From positions 509 through 64,508 of the forward strand of contig QHSO01000031.1 of assembly GCA_003220475.1 (NCBI GenBank): a DNA stretch of 64,000 bases, given 5' to 3'. Each line of letters opens with the position of its first letter. Position 1 is the first letter of the stretch. A program made the position numbers and the translations under genes. Of the stretch, positions 37,284 to 45,618 are shown piece by piece. The notes beneath the pieces were generated by a model that worked only from the letters and a program-made list of their open reading frames with translations, was not told the origin of the DNA and did no database searches. The DNA is from Candidatus Rokuibacteriota bacterium. Its GTDB lineage: Bacteria; Methylomirabilota; Methylomirabilia; Rokubacteriales; CSP1-6.

Positions 37284-38639
37284 ATGAAGCGCCGCATCTT
37301 CGGCCTGGAGAACGAATACGGCCTGACCTGCACGCTCAACGGCCAGCGGCGCCTCTCGCCCGACAACGTCGCGCGGTATCTTTTCGAGAAAGTCATCCCC
37401 GGCGCCCGCAACGCCAACGTGTTCCTCGAAAACGGCGCGCGGCTCTACCTCGACACCGGATTTCATCCCGAGTACGCGACGCCCGAGTGCGACGACGTGG
37501 TCGAGCTCGTCATCCACGACAAGGCCGGCGAGCGCATCGTCGAGGATCTCCTGCACCAGGCCGAGAAGCGGCTGCGCGAGGACGGTATCTCGGGCAACAT
37601 CCTCCTCTTCAAGAACAACACGGATTCGGCGGGTAACTCCTACGGATGTCATGAGAATTACCTGGTCAGCAGAGACGTATCGTTCCAGAGGCTCGCAGAA
37701 GCGCTGATTCCGTTCTTCGTCACGCGACAAATATTCGCCGGCGCGGGCAAGGTGTTGCAGACGCCGAGAGGATTCCACTATTGCTTGAGCCAGAGGGCTC
37801 AGCATATTTGTCAGGAGATCTCCGGCGCCACAACCTCCTCCCGCTCGATCATCAACACGCGCGACGAGCCGCACGCCGATGCCGAGCGCTATCGCCGGCT
37901 CCACGTCATCGTCGGCGACTCGAATATGTCGGAAGTTGCGACATACCTGAAGATTGGAACGACGGCGCTGGTCCTTGACATGATCGAAGATGGCTTCTTC
38001 GACCGCGATTACTCCTTGCAGTCGCCGGTGCAGGCCATCCGCGATATTTCTCACGACCCGACGCTGAAGGAGACGATCAAGCTCAAGGACGGCCGCTCGA
38101 TCTCCGCGCTGCAGATGCAGCTCGAGTACCTCGAGTACACCACGCGCTACGTCAATTCGATCAGCGCCGACGCCGCGTCCAAGGACGTGCTCGCGCGCTG
38201 GACCGAGGTGATGGAAAAGCTCGAGGCCGACCCGATGCAGCTCGATCGCGAGCTGGACTGGGTCATCAAGCGCCAGTGGATCGAGAGCTACATGACGCGC
38301 AATCGGCTCTCGTGGCGCGACCCGAAGATCTCGCTGATGGACCTGCAGTACCACGACATCCGACCCGACCGCGGCCTCTACTACAAGCTCGTCGGCAAGG
38401 ACATGGTCGACCGCATCACCGACGACGAGACCATCGAGCGCGCCAAGCACGAGCCGCCGCAGACCACGCGCGCGCGACTGCGCGGTGAGTTCATCCGGCA
38501 GGCCAACCTCAAGGGCAAGGACTACCGCGTCGACTGGGTCTACCTGAAGCTCAACGACCCCGAGCGCGAGACGATCCTCTGCAAGGACCCGTTCCAGTCC
38601 CACGACGAACGGGTCGAGCGCCTCATCCGCTCCTTCTGA
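37284..38639 (+). CDS. pafA: Pup-protein ligase (PafA-type)
   Basis: [10 protein letters not shown] without the Dop insertion. 451 aa. [26 protein letters not shown]. Confidence 0.88.
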   Translation: MKRRIFGLENEYGLTCTLNGQRRLSPDNVARYLFEKVIPGARNANVFLENGARLYLDTGFHPEYATPECDDVVELVIHDKAGERIVEDLLHQAEKRLREDGISGNILLFKNNTDSAGNSYGCHENYLVSRDVSFQRLAEALIPFFVTRQIFAGAGKVLQTPRGFHYCLSQRAQHICQEISGATTSSRSIINTRDEPHADAERYRRLHVIVGDSNMSEVATYLKIGTTALVLDMIEDGFFDRDYSLQSPVQAIRDISHDPTLKETIKLKDGRSISALQMQLEYLEYTTRYVNSISADAASKDVLARWTEVMEKLEADPMQLDRELDWVIKRQWIESYMTRNRLSWRDPKISLMDLQYHDIRPDRGLYYKLVGKDMVDRITDDETIERAKHEPPQTTRARLRGEFIRQANLKGKDYRVDWVYLKLNDPERETILCKDPFQSHDERVERLIRSF

Positions 38640-40040
38640 CCGCCCTGGATCCCTACCAGGGATTCCGCGCCGTCCGTCTCGTCCTGCTGCTGGTCCTCGC
38701 CGGCGTCTTTTTCTGGCTCGCGGCCAGCCGCACGCCGTCGCGTCGCGTCTCCGTGGTGGCGGCGATCCTGGCCGTCGCGGCCGCGCTCGCCTACCCGAAC
38801 CTCGGCTTGTTCCACGTGCGCGATCGCAGCCCGATCCACTGGCACGAGAGCTTTCACTATTTCATGGGGCCGAAGTATCTGCCCGAGCTCGGCTATACGC
38901 GGCTCTACGAGGCGACGTGGGTGGCGGGCCGCGAGCTCGGCGCGTTCGCGCAGATCCGCCAGGTCCGCGATCTCGCCACGTACGCACTTCGCGACGTCGC
39001 GACGCTCGACGCGGCGGCGGTGCGGGCGCGCTTCGCGCCCGCGCGCTGGCAGGCGTTCAAGCGCGACCTGCGCGTGTTCGGCCCGCGCATCAATCATTGG
39101 GACGCCCTGCTGGTCGACCACGGCTACAACGATCCGCCGCCGCGCGCGCTGGCCCTGCACGTCCTCGTGCGCTGGGTGCCCGCCTCCGCGGCGGCGCTCG
39201 GCGTGCTGACCTCGCTCGACTACGCGCTCATGGCGATCGCCTTCTGGGCGGTGCGCCGCGCCTTCGGGGGTCTCGCGGCCAGCCTCGCCTTCGCGTTCCT
39301 CGCGCTCTCCTTCTTCGCGCGCTTCGACTTCATCGGCGGCTCGCCGTTGCGGTGGGACTGGACCGCCGCGCTGCTCATCGGCGCCGCCGGCCTCGCGCGC
39401 GGCGCGGGCGTCCTGCCTCGCCACCGCGGCCGTGCTGGTGATCGCGGTGACGCTCGTCCTGGTGGCGATGCCCGCCACCCGCACGCTCTCAGAGGATTTC
39501 GTGGCCAAGATCGAGCGCCACAATCGCGGCGTGTACTCGAACCACGTCGGCCTCGGCTCGCTGCTCGTGTTCCATGCGACGCCGTGGGCCGAGCGGCCCG
39601 ACGGCACCGTCTTCGTGGACCACGACGCCGCGTTGGCCGCGCGTCCGGCGCCGTGGGTGCTGCCGGCCGCCGGCGCGCTCTACTTCCTCCTCGCGCTGCC
39701 GCTGATGCTTCGGGCGCGGCCGCTGGAGTCGATCATGTATGCGGTGCCGCTGGTCTTCGTCGCGCTGAGCCCGGCGGGCTACTACTACTCGTTCCTCGTG
39801 CTGCTCGTGCTCCTGGCCTGGCGCGACGGCGCCGCCGACCCCCTGCGTCTCGTCGCGATGGCCCTGCTCGCCGTCGTGGGCGCCGGCGGCTATGCCCTGG
39901 AGCTCGCTTCCGCGGATATGCTGCCGCTCTTCTACAACGTGTCGATCCAGCTGGGCCTCTTCTTCGTCGTGTGGCTCGGCCTCGAGTATGTGCGGCTCGC
40001 CGCCCGACCGACCGCCGAGCGGGCCGCTGTCGGGGATTGA
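38636..40040 (+). CDS. hypothetical polytopic membrane protein, frame interrupted near 39411-39420; probable CTG start
   Basis: The frame opens at CTG 38636, overlapping the pafA TGA (CTGA): (M)[29 protein letters not shown].... A plausible membrane protein runs to ...[13 protein letters not shown]. It then continues convincingly only in the frame of ORF 39432..40040 ([13 protein letters not shown]...). Confidence 0.55.
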
Positions 40041-40139
40041 CCCGGTTCGGCCGGCAATGCTACATCTGACTTCGACCCCTTTCGCCGCGTGGCTCCCACG
40101 CGCTGCGTGTCCCTGACAGGCACTTCGAAAAGGAGGCGC

Positions 40140-40556
40140 ATGTTCGGTAAGAAGAACGGCAAGACGGCGAGCTCCCGCGGCGGCGACCTCACCGCGTTCA
40201 TCGACGAGGCCTCCGAGATCGAGGGCAAGTACACGTTCAGCGGCACGGTGATGCTGAACGGCAAGTTCAAGGGCGAGATCATCTCCACCGATACGCTGAT
40301 CATCGGCGAGAAGGCGGTCGTCAACGCGTCGATCCGCGCGGGCATCGTGCTCATCAGCGGCGAGGTCGTCGGCAACGTGCTGGCCGGCGAGCGCGTGGAG
40401 CTGCGCGGAACGGCGCGGGTGTTCGGCGACGTAGAGGCGCCCGTGGTCGTTGTCGAGGAGGGCGTGACCTTCGAGGGCAAGTGCCGCATGACCCGCGAGA
40501 CCGACGGCGCCGCCGCTGCCGTCTCCCCCGACTCGCCCGTCCGTTCGAAGCGCTGA
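40140..40556 (+). CDS. bactofilin (polymer-forming cytoskeletal protein)
   Basis: AAAGGAGG Shine-Dalgarno. IEGKYTFSGTVMLNGKFKGEIISTDTLIIGEKAVVNASIRAGIVLISGEVVGNV...VELRGTARVFGDVEAP is a typical DUF583 beta-helix repeat. Confidence 0.88.
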   Translation: MFGKKNGKTASSRGGDLTAFIDEASEIEGKYTFSGTVMLNGKFKGEIISTDTLIIGEKAVVNASIRAGIVLISGEVVGNVLAGERVELRGTARVFGDVEAPVVVVEEGVTFEGKCRMTRETDGAAAAVSPDSPVRSKR

Positions 40557-40562
40557 GCGCGC

Positions 40563-40871
40563 TCAGGCCGCGCGTCGTGGCAGCTCGGCCAGCGGGCGCG
40601 TCAGCCGCGGGCGCTCGGTGTCGCTGAGGTCGAGCGCGTCCCACGGCACGATGTGACGCTGCGGCTCGGGCGCGAAGCCTCCGAGCAGGCTCACCACGAG
40701 GTCTCCCGCGGCCAGCCGCTCGACGAGTCCGCCGACACCCAGCACGTATTCGCGCACGATCCACTCACCGTCCTCACGCTCGGCGTGCACCTCTTCGATC
40801 CGCCCGACCACGCGGCCACGGCGATCGATCACGCGCCGCCCGAGGAGATGCTCGAGCCGGATTTCCGCCAT
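40563..40871 (-). CDS. PRC-barrel domain protein
   Basis: MAEIRLEHLLGRRVIDRRGRVVGRIEEVHAEREDGEWIVREYVLG. The ATG shares one base with the upstream TGA (TGATG). The rest of the 630-aa track ORF is spurious. Confidence 0.7.
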   Translation of the reverse strand: MAEIRLEHLLGRRVIDRRGRVVGRIEEVHAEREDGEWIVREYVLGVGGLVERLAAGDLVVSLLGGFAPEPQRHIVPWDALDLSDTERPRLTRPLAELPRRAA

Positions 40872-41215
40872 CACCGGCCTCCGGGGATGCGCGCGATCAG
40901 ACGCGCGAGCCATTTCTCGACGCGCCACGCCGGCGTCTCGGTCGCGTCGATGCCGACGCGGATCTCTCGCGCGACGCTCAACACCGCCGAGCGCGGGATG
41001 CGCGTCGCGGTCGCACGCGTCGCCAGGCGGCCGAGCGGTCGCGTCATCCAGCGGGGCAGCCGCGCCAGGCGCGTCGCCGCGCCCACTTCGAGCGCGACCA
41101 CCCGCGGCGGCGCATCCGGGCGGAGCTCGAGCACCACGCCGTCGACCTTGCCGAACGGTCGCCCTTCGGCGTCGAGCAGCTGCTTGTCGAGCACGTCGCG
41201 CCCGAGAGAGAGCAC
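40871..41215 (-). CDS. PRC-barrel-like domain protein
   Basis: (M)LSLGRDVLDKQLLDAEGRPFGKVDGVVLELRPDAPPRVVALEVG. GTG at 41215 lies 3 nt after the transporter stop. Confidence 0.6.
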   Translation of the reverse strand: MLSLGRDVLDKQLLDAEGRPFGKVDGVVLELRPDAPPRVVALEVGAATRLARLPRWMTRPLGRLATRATATRIPRSAVLSVAREIRVGIDATETPAWRVEKWLARLIARIPGGR

Positions 41216-41218
41216 GGC

Positions 41219-42430
41219 TCAGCCTCCCAGCAGATCGAGTGGCACGGACACGATCGCGAGCACACACGCGAGCACGACCACGCCCAGCACGAACGCGTTG
41301 CCGAGACGGCTGTTGCTCCGGTCGCCGACGTACTCGCGATCGTTCATGAGCACGAGAAAGGGCACGACCGCGAGTGGCAGGCAGGCGGCGTTGAGCGCCA
41401 TCGCCACGTTGGTCAGCCGCAGGGGATCGAGGCCGATCGCCGCCGGCGCCGCGGCCAGGACGAGCGCCACCGTGTAGGAGACGCTGAAGCGTGCGGCCTC
41501 GCGCGGCCGTACGTTCTCGCCCCAGTTCCACCCGAAGCCCTGCGCGATCATGTAGGCGAGCGCCAGGGCCACCTCGAGCGCGGCGCCGAAGCACGCGATG
41601 CCCAGCGCCGCCACGAACAGCGGAAATCCCCACGGTCCGAGCGCGTCGGTGAGCATCGGCGCCATCTGGTCGAACGACTCGAGCCGGGCGCCGCGCATGA
41701 ACACGAGCGCGGCCACGACCAGCACGGCCGCCGCCAACGTCGCGCCGAATCCCATGCCGAACGTCGACACGAAGCGGTTGGCCGGCACGTCGTCCGGCTC
41801 CCAGCCGTCCTCCACCGCCCCCGATGAGTAGAAGTAGAAGAGATATGGCGTCAGCGTCGCGCCGAGGATGCTCACGGCCAGGAACCAGTAGCGACTCGCG
41901 TCGTAGGGAGCGCCCGACGGAACGAAGCCGGCGGCCATCTCGCGCACCGTCGGATGTAGCCGAGCCGCCGCCACCAGGAACACCACGGTCACCAGGCCGA
42001 GCAGCGACACGCCGTTTTCGACGACGCCGAAGTTCCCGCGCCAGAGCAGGAGCCAGAGCGCCACCATGACCGGCACCGCCCACCATTGAAAGCTGACCCC
42101 CGTCGCGAGTTGCAGCGCTATGCACACCGCGCCGAGCTCGGCGGCGAGGGTCAGGACACTGACAGCGACGACGCCGACGAGCGGCAACACGAAGAAGCGC
42201 AGTCCGAAGCGCTCGCGCATCGCGCCGGCGATCGTGTGATGGCTCATCGCCGCCAGCCGGCCGGACATCTCGATCAGCGCGACCAGGCAGATCGTTCCGA
42301 CGAGCAGCACCCACAGCAGCGAATAGCCGTACTCGGCGCCGGCCTGGATCGAGGTGGTGATGGAACCGGCTTCGAGGAAACCGCCGAAGCTCGTGACGAT
42401 GCCGAGGGCGACGTGCAGGAGCTTCTTCAC
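41219..42430 (-). CDS. NRAMP-related transporter with non-canonical metal-site residues
   Basis: IQAGAEYGYSLLWVLL and ILGATLTPYLFYFYSS align to MntH TM1/TM6. DPGN is replaced by EAGS (42373..42362) and MPH by TPY (41851..41843). GTG start at 42430. Confidence 0.8.
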   Translation of the reverse strand: MKKLLHVALGIVTSFGGFLEAGSITTSIQAGAEYGYSLLWVLLVGTICLVALIEMSGRLAAMSHHTIAGAMRERFGLRFFVLPLVGVVAVSVLTLAAELGAVCIALQLATGVSFQWWAVPVMVALWLLLWRGNFGVVENGVSLLGLVTVVFLVAAARLHPTVREMAAGFVPSGAPYDASRYWFLAVSILGATLTPYLFYFYSSGAVEDGWEPDDVPANRFVSTFGMGFGATLAAAVLVVAALVFMRGARLESFDQMAPMLTDALGPWGFPLFVAALGIACFGAALEVALALAYMIAQGFGWNWGENVRPREAARFSVSYTVALVLAAAPAAIGLDPLRLTNVAMALNAACLPLAVVPFLVLMNDREYVGDRSNSRLGNAFVLGVVVLACVLAIVSVPLDLLGG

Positions 42431-42485
42431 GCCCCTTCGACGCTGCAACCGACATGCCTCAGGGGCGCGTGAATTGCAGATCAGC

Positions 42486-44327
42486 GTGCCGGGAGCGCAG
42501 GAGATCGTGGACTGGTGGAATGCGGGACGTCGTAGACACCGCCGGCGCGTCGCCGCCCTCGGGGTGGCATTGCTGGTCGCGCTTCTCACAATCATCGTCG
42601 CCGTCCACTCCGACCATCACGCGCTGGCTGCCGTGGGCGAGGACGGTCAATGGCTGCGCGCCGCCGGCGACTACGCGAGCACGCGCTACAGTCCGCTGGC
42701 GCAGATTACTGCAGCGAACGTCAGGCAGCTCCGTCCGGCCTGGTCGTTTTCCACCGGCGGCGCGCGCGGTCACGAGGCCGCGCCGCTCGTGGTGGGCGAC
42801 ACGATGTACGTCGTGACGCCCTATCCGAACGTCGTCTATGCGCTCGACCTGCGCGCCGGCGGCGGCACCGTGCGGTGGAAGTACGAGCCGAAGCCCGCCG
42901 CGGCGGCGCAGGGCGTGGCGTGCTGCGACGTCGTCAATCGCGGCGCCGCCTATGCCGACGGCCGGGTCGTCTTCAACACGCTCGACGCGCACACGATCGC
43001 GGTGGACGCGCGCACCGGCCGCGAGCTGTGGAACACGAAGCTCGGCGAGATCAACCGCGGCGAGACGATGACGATGGCGCCGCTGATCGTGCGCGATCGC
43101 GTCCTGGTCGGCAACAGCGGCGGCGAGCTCGGCGTGCGCGGCTGGCTGGCCGGGCTCGACCTGGCCACCGGCGCCGTCGCGTGGCGGGCGTACAGCACGG
43201 GTCCGGACCGCGACGTGCTGATCGGTCGCGCGTTCCGTCCGTTTTACGCGGCCGATCGCGTCCCGAATCTCGGCGTCACGACGTGGCCCGCCGAGGCGTG
43301 GCGCATCGGCGGCGGCACCATGTGGGGCTGGATCTCGTACGATCCCGAGCTCGATCTCGTCTATCACGGCACGGGTAACCCCGGTCCGTGGAATCCCGAC
43401 CAGCGGCCGGGCGACAACAAGTGGACGTCGGCGATCTTCGCGCGCCGCCCGGCGACCGGTGAAGCGGTGTGGGCGTATCAGCTCTCGCCGCACGATCTGC
43501 ACGACTACGACGGCATCAACGAGCAGATTCTGCTCGACCTCGACATCAAGGGCCGTCGCCGCAAGGTCCTCGTGCGCCCGGATCGCAACGGCTACGTCTA
43601 CGTGATGGACCGGGCGACGGGCGAGGTCCTGTCCGCGACGCCATTTGCGCACGTCAACACCAGCAAGGGCGTCGACCTCGCCACGGGCCAGCTGAGCTTG
43701 AACGACGAAAAAACGCCGGTGCTCGGCAAGGTCGTGCGCGACATCTGCCCGGCGGCGCCGGGCGCCAAGGACTGGCAGCCGTCGGCGTGGTCGCCGCGGA
43801 CCGGCCTGCTCTACGTGCCGCACCAGAACCTCTGCATGGACGTCGAATCGGTCGAGACCGGCTACATCGCCGGCACGCCGTTCGTCGGCATGAACGTGCG
43901 CATGTACAGTGGCCCCGGCGGGCACCGCGGCGAGGTCACGGCGTGGGATCCCGTCAACGCGCGCGCGGCGTGGAAGCTGAAGGAGCCCTTTCCCGTGTGG
44001 AGCGGCGCGCTCGCGACGGCGGGCGACGTCGTCTTCTACGGCACGATGGACCGCTGGTTCAAGGCGGTGGACGCGAAGACCGGGGAGCTGCTCTGGCGCT
44101 TCCAGACGGCCTCGGGAATCATCGGCCAGCCGATCACCTATCGCGGTCCCGACGGCAAGCAGTACGTCGCGGTCCTGGACGGCGTCGGCGGCTGGGCCGG
44201 CGCGATCGTGTCCGCCGACCTCGATCCGCGGGACACCGGCGCCGCGCTCGGCTTCGTGAACGCGATGCGGGATCTGCCCGCGCACACGGCCAAGGGCGGC
44301 ACGCTGTGGGTCTTCGCGCTGCCATGA
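42486..44327 (+). CDS. xoxF: PQQ-dependent methanol/ethanol-family dehydrogenase, XoxF-like (lanthanide signature)
   Basis: YSPLAQITAANVRQLRPAWSFSTG, GHEAAPLVVGDTMYVVTPYPN, the vicinal disulfide ACCD, GDNKWTSAIFARR and HDLHDYDG (the DYD motif). Start is uncertain (GTG 42486 or 42507). Confidence 0.88.
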   Translation: MPGAQEIVDWWNAGRRRHRRRVAALGVALLVALLTIIVAVHSDHHALAAVGEDGQWLRAAGDYASTRYSPLAQITAANVRQLRPAWSFSTGGARGHEAAPLVVGDTMYVVTPYPNVVYALDLRAGGGTVRWKYEPKPAAAAQGVACCDVVNRGAAYADGRVVFNTLDAHTIAVDARTGRELWNTKLGEINRGETMTMAPLIVRDRVLVGNSGGELGVRGWLAGLDLATGAVAWRAYSTGPDRDVLIGRAFRPFYAADRVPNLGVTTWPAEAWRIGGGTMWGWISYDPELDLVYHGTGNPGPWNPDQRPGDNKWTSAIFARRPATGEAVWAYQLSPHDLHDYDGINEQILLDLDIKGRRRKVLVRPDRNGYVYVMDRATGEVLSATPFAHVNTSKGVDLATGQLSLNDEKTPVLGKVVRDICPAAPGAKDWQPSAWSPRTGLLYVPHQNLCMDVESVETGYIAGTPFVGMNVRMYSGPGGHRGEVTAWDPVNARAAWKLKEPFPVWSGALATAGDVVFYGTMDRWFKAVDAKTGELLWRFQTASGIIGQPITYRGPDGKQYVAVLDGVGGWAGAIVSADLDPRDTGAALGFVNAMRDLPAHTAKGGTLWVFALP

Positions 44328-45118
44328 GGGCGACGGCAGGCGCGCTGCTCGCGCTGCTGCTGCTCGGCGCGGCGCCGGCGCCGGCGCCGCTGCGCGTCTG
44401 CGCCGATCCCAACAACCTGCCGTTTTCGAACGCGCGTGGCGAGGGGTTCGAGAACCGCATCGCCGAGCTGCTCGCGCGCGAGCTCGGCACGCGCGTGGAA
44501 TACACGTGGTGGGCGCAGCGGCGCGGGCTCGTGCGCCACACGCTGGCGGCCGGCGCGTGCGACCTGCTGGTGGGCGTGCCGGCGGGGTGGGACCCCGTGC
44601 TCGCGACGCGTCCGTACTATCGCTCGACGTACGTCTTCGCCTGGCGACGAGACCGCGCGCTCGACGTGCGCAGCCTCGACGATCCGCGGCTGCGGACACT
44701 CAGGCTCGGCGTGCAGCTCATCGGCGACAACGGTGTGAACACGCCGCCGGCGCACGCGCTGGCGCGCCGCGGAATCGTGCAGAACGTCCGCGGCTATCCC
44801 ATCTACGGTGACTACGCGCGGCCGAGTCCGGCGGCACAGATCCTCCACGCGGTGGCCGACGACGAGATCGACGTCGCGGTCGTCTGGGGGCCGCTGGCCG
44901 GCTACTTCGCCGACCGCCTCACGACGCCGCTCGCATTCGCCCCCGTCACGCCGGCGATCGACCCACCGGGATTGCGCTTCACGTTCGCGATGGCGGCGGG
45001 CGTGCGCAAGGGCGACACGCCGCTGCGCGATCGGCTGCAGGCCGCGCTCGACCGTCGCGCCGACGATGTGCGCGCGATCCTGGATGCCTACGCGGTCCCG
45101 CGTGTGGAGCAGCCGTGA
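44324..45118 (+). CDS. xoxJ: MxaJ/XoxJ-like periplasmic binding protein associated with quinoprotein dehydrogenases
   Basis: ATGA overlap with xoxF. Signal peptide, then LRVCADPNNLPFSN...RPYYRSTYVF...DVAVVWGPLAGYF. Confidence 0.8.
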   Translation: MRATAGALLALLLLGAAPAPAPLRVCADPNNLPFSNARGEGFENRIAELLARELGTRVEYTWWAQRRGLVRHTLAAGACDLLVGVPAGWDPVLATRPYYRSTYVFAWRRDRALDVRSLDDPRLRTLRLGVQLIGDNGVNTPPAHALARRGIVQNVRGYPIYGDYARPSPAAQILHAVADDEIDVAVVWGPLAGYFADRLTTPLAFAPVTPAIDPPGLRFTFAMAAGVRKGDTPLRDRLQAALDRRADDVRAILDAYAVPRVEQP

Positions 45119-45618
45119 GCCGGGTGGCCGCGCTGGCGTGCGTGATGCTCGCGCTCGTCGCGTGCGAGCGAGAGCACCGCCGCTTCAGCGAGGTCGCGCC
45201 GGCGTCGGGCCGGCCGACGCACGTCACGCCGCAGCCATCGCGCAACCCGGCGGAGGGTAACGCCTGGGCCATCGCGCAGGGCAAGCAGCTCTACGAGGCA
45301 TACAACTGCAACGGCTGTCACGCCAACGGCGGGGGCGGCATGGGGCCCGCGCTGATGGACGCCACGTGGCTCTATGGCAGTGAGCCGCAGGACGTCTACA
45401 CGAGCATCGTCGAGGGGCGCCCCAACGGCATGCCGGCGTTCGGCGGACGGATTCCCGACGTGCAGGTCTGGCAGCTCGTCGCGTACGTGCGCTCGATGAG
45501 CGGCCAGACGCGCTTCGACGTGCGGCCGGCGCGCAGCGATCACATGCGCGTGAAGGAATCCGAGCAGGCGCGTCGCCCGGAGCGGCCGGTCACCGCCGCG
45601 CCGTCGGGTCGGCCATGA
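45115..45618 (+). CDS. c-type cytochrome (mono-haem, lipoprotein-like signal)
   Basis: GTGA overlap. LALVAC, then the CNGCH haem site and the GMPAF Met-ligand region. Confidence 0.8.
   Translation: MSRVAALACVMLALVACEREHRRFSEVAPASGRPTHVTPQPSRNPAEGNAWAIAQGKQLYEAYNCNGCHANGGGGMGPALMDATWLYGSEPQDVYTSIVEGRPNGMPAFGGRIPDVQVWQLVAYVRSMSGQTRFDVRPARSDHMRVKESEQARRPERPVTAAPSGRP

Noticed and set aside
41219-42430. Annotating the transporter as a canonical Mn2+/Fe2+ MntH.
   Set aside because: All canonical metal-site residues (the D and N of DPGN, and the M and H of MPH) are substituted, so substrate identity cannot be transferred.
40563-42455. 630-aa minus-strand ORF suggesting one large protein across the PRC-barrel and NRAMP region.
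   Set aside because: Only the last 102 codons (from ATG 40871) look real. The rest overlaps the NRAMP-related gene in another frame and is Arg/Gly/Ala noise.
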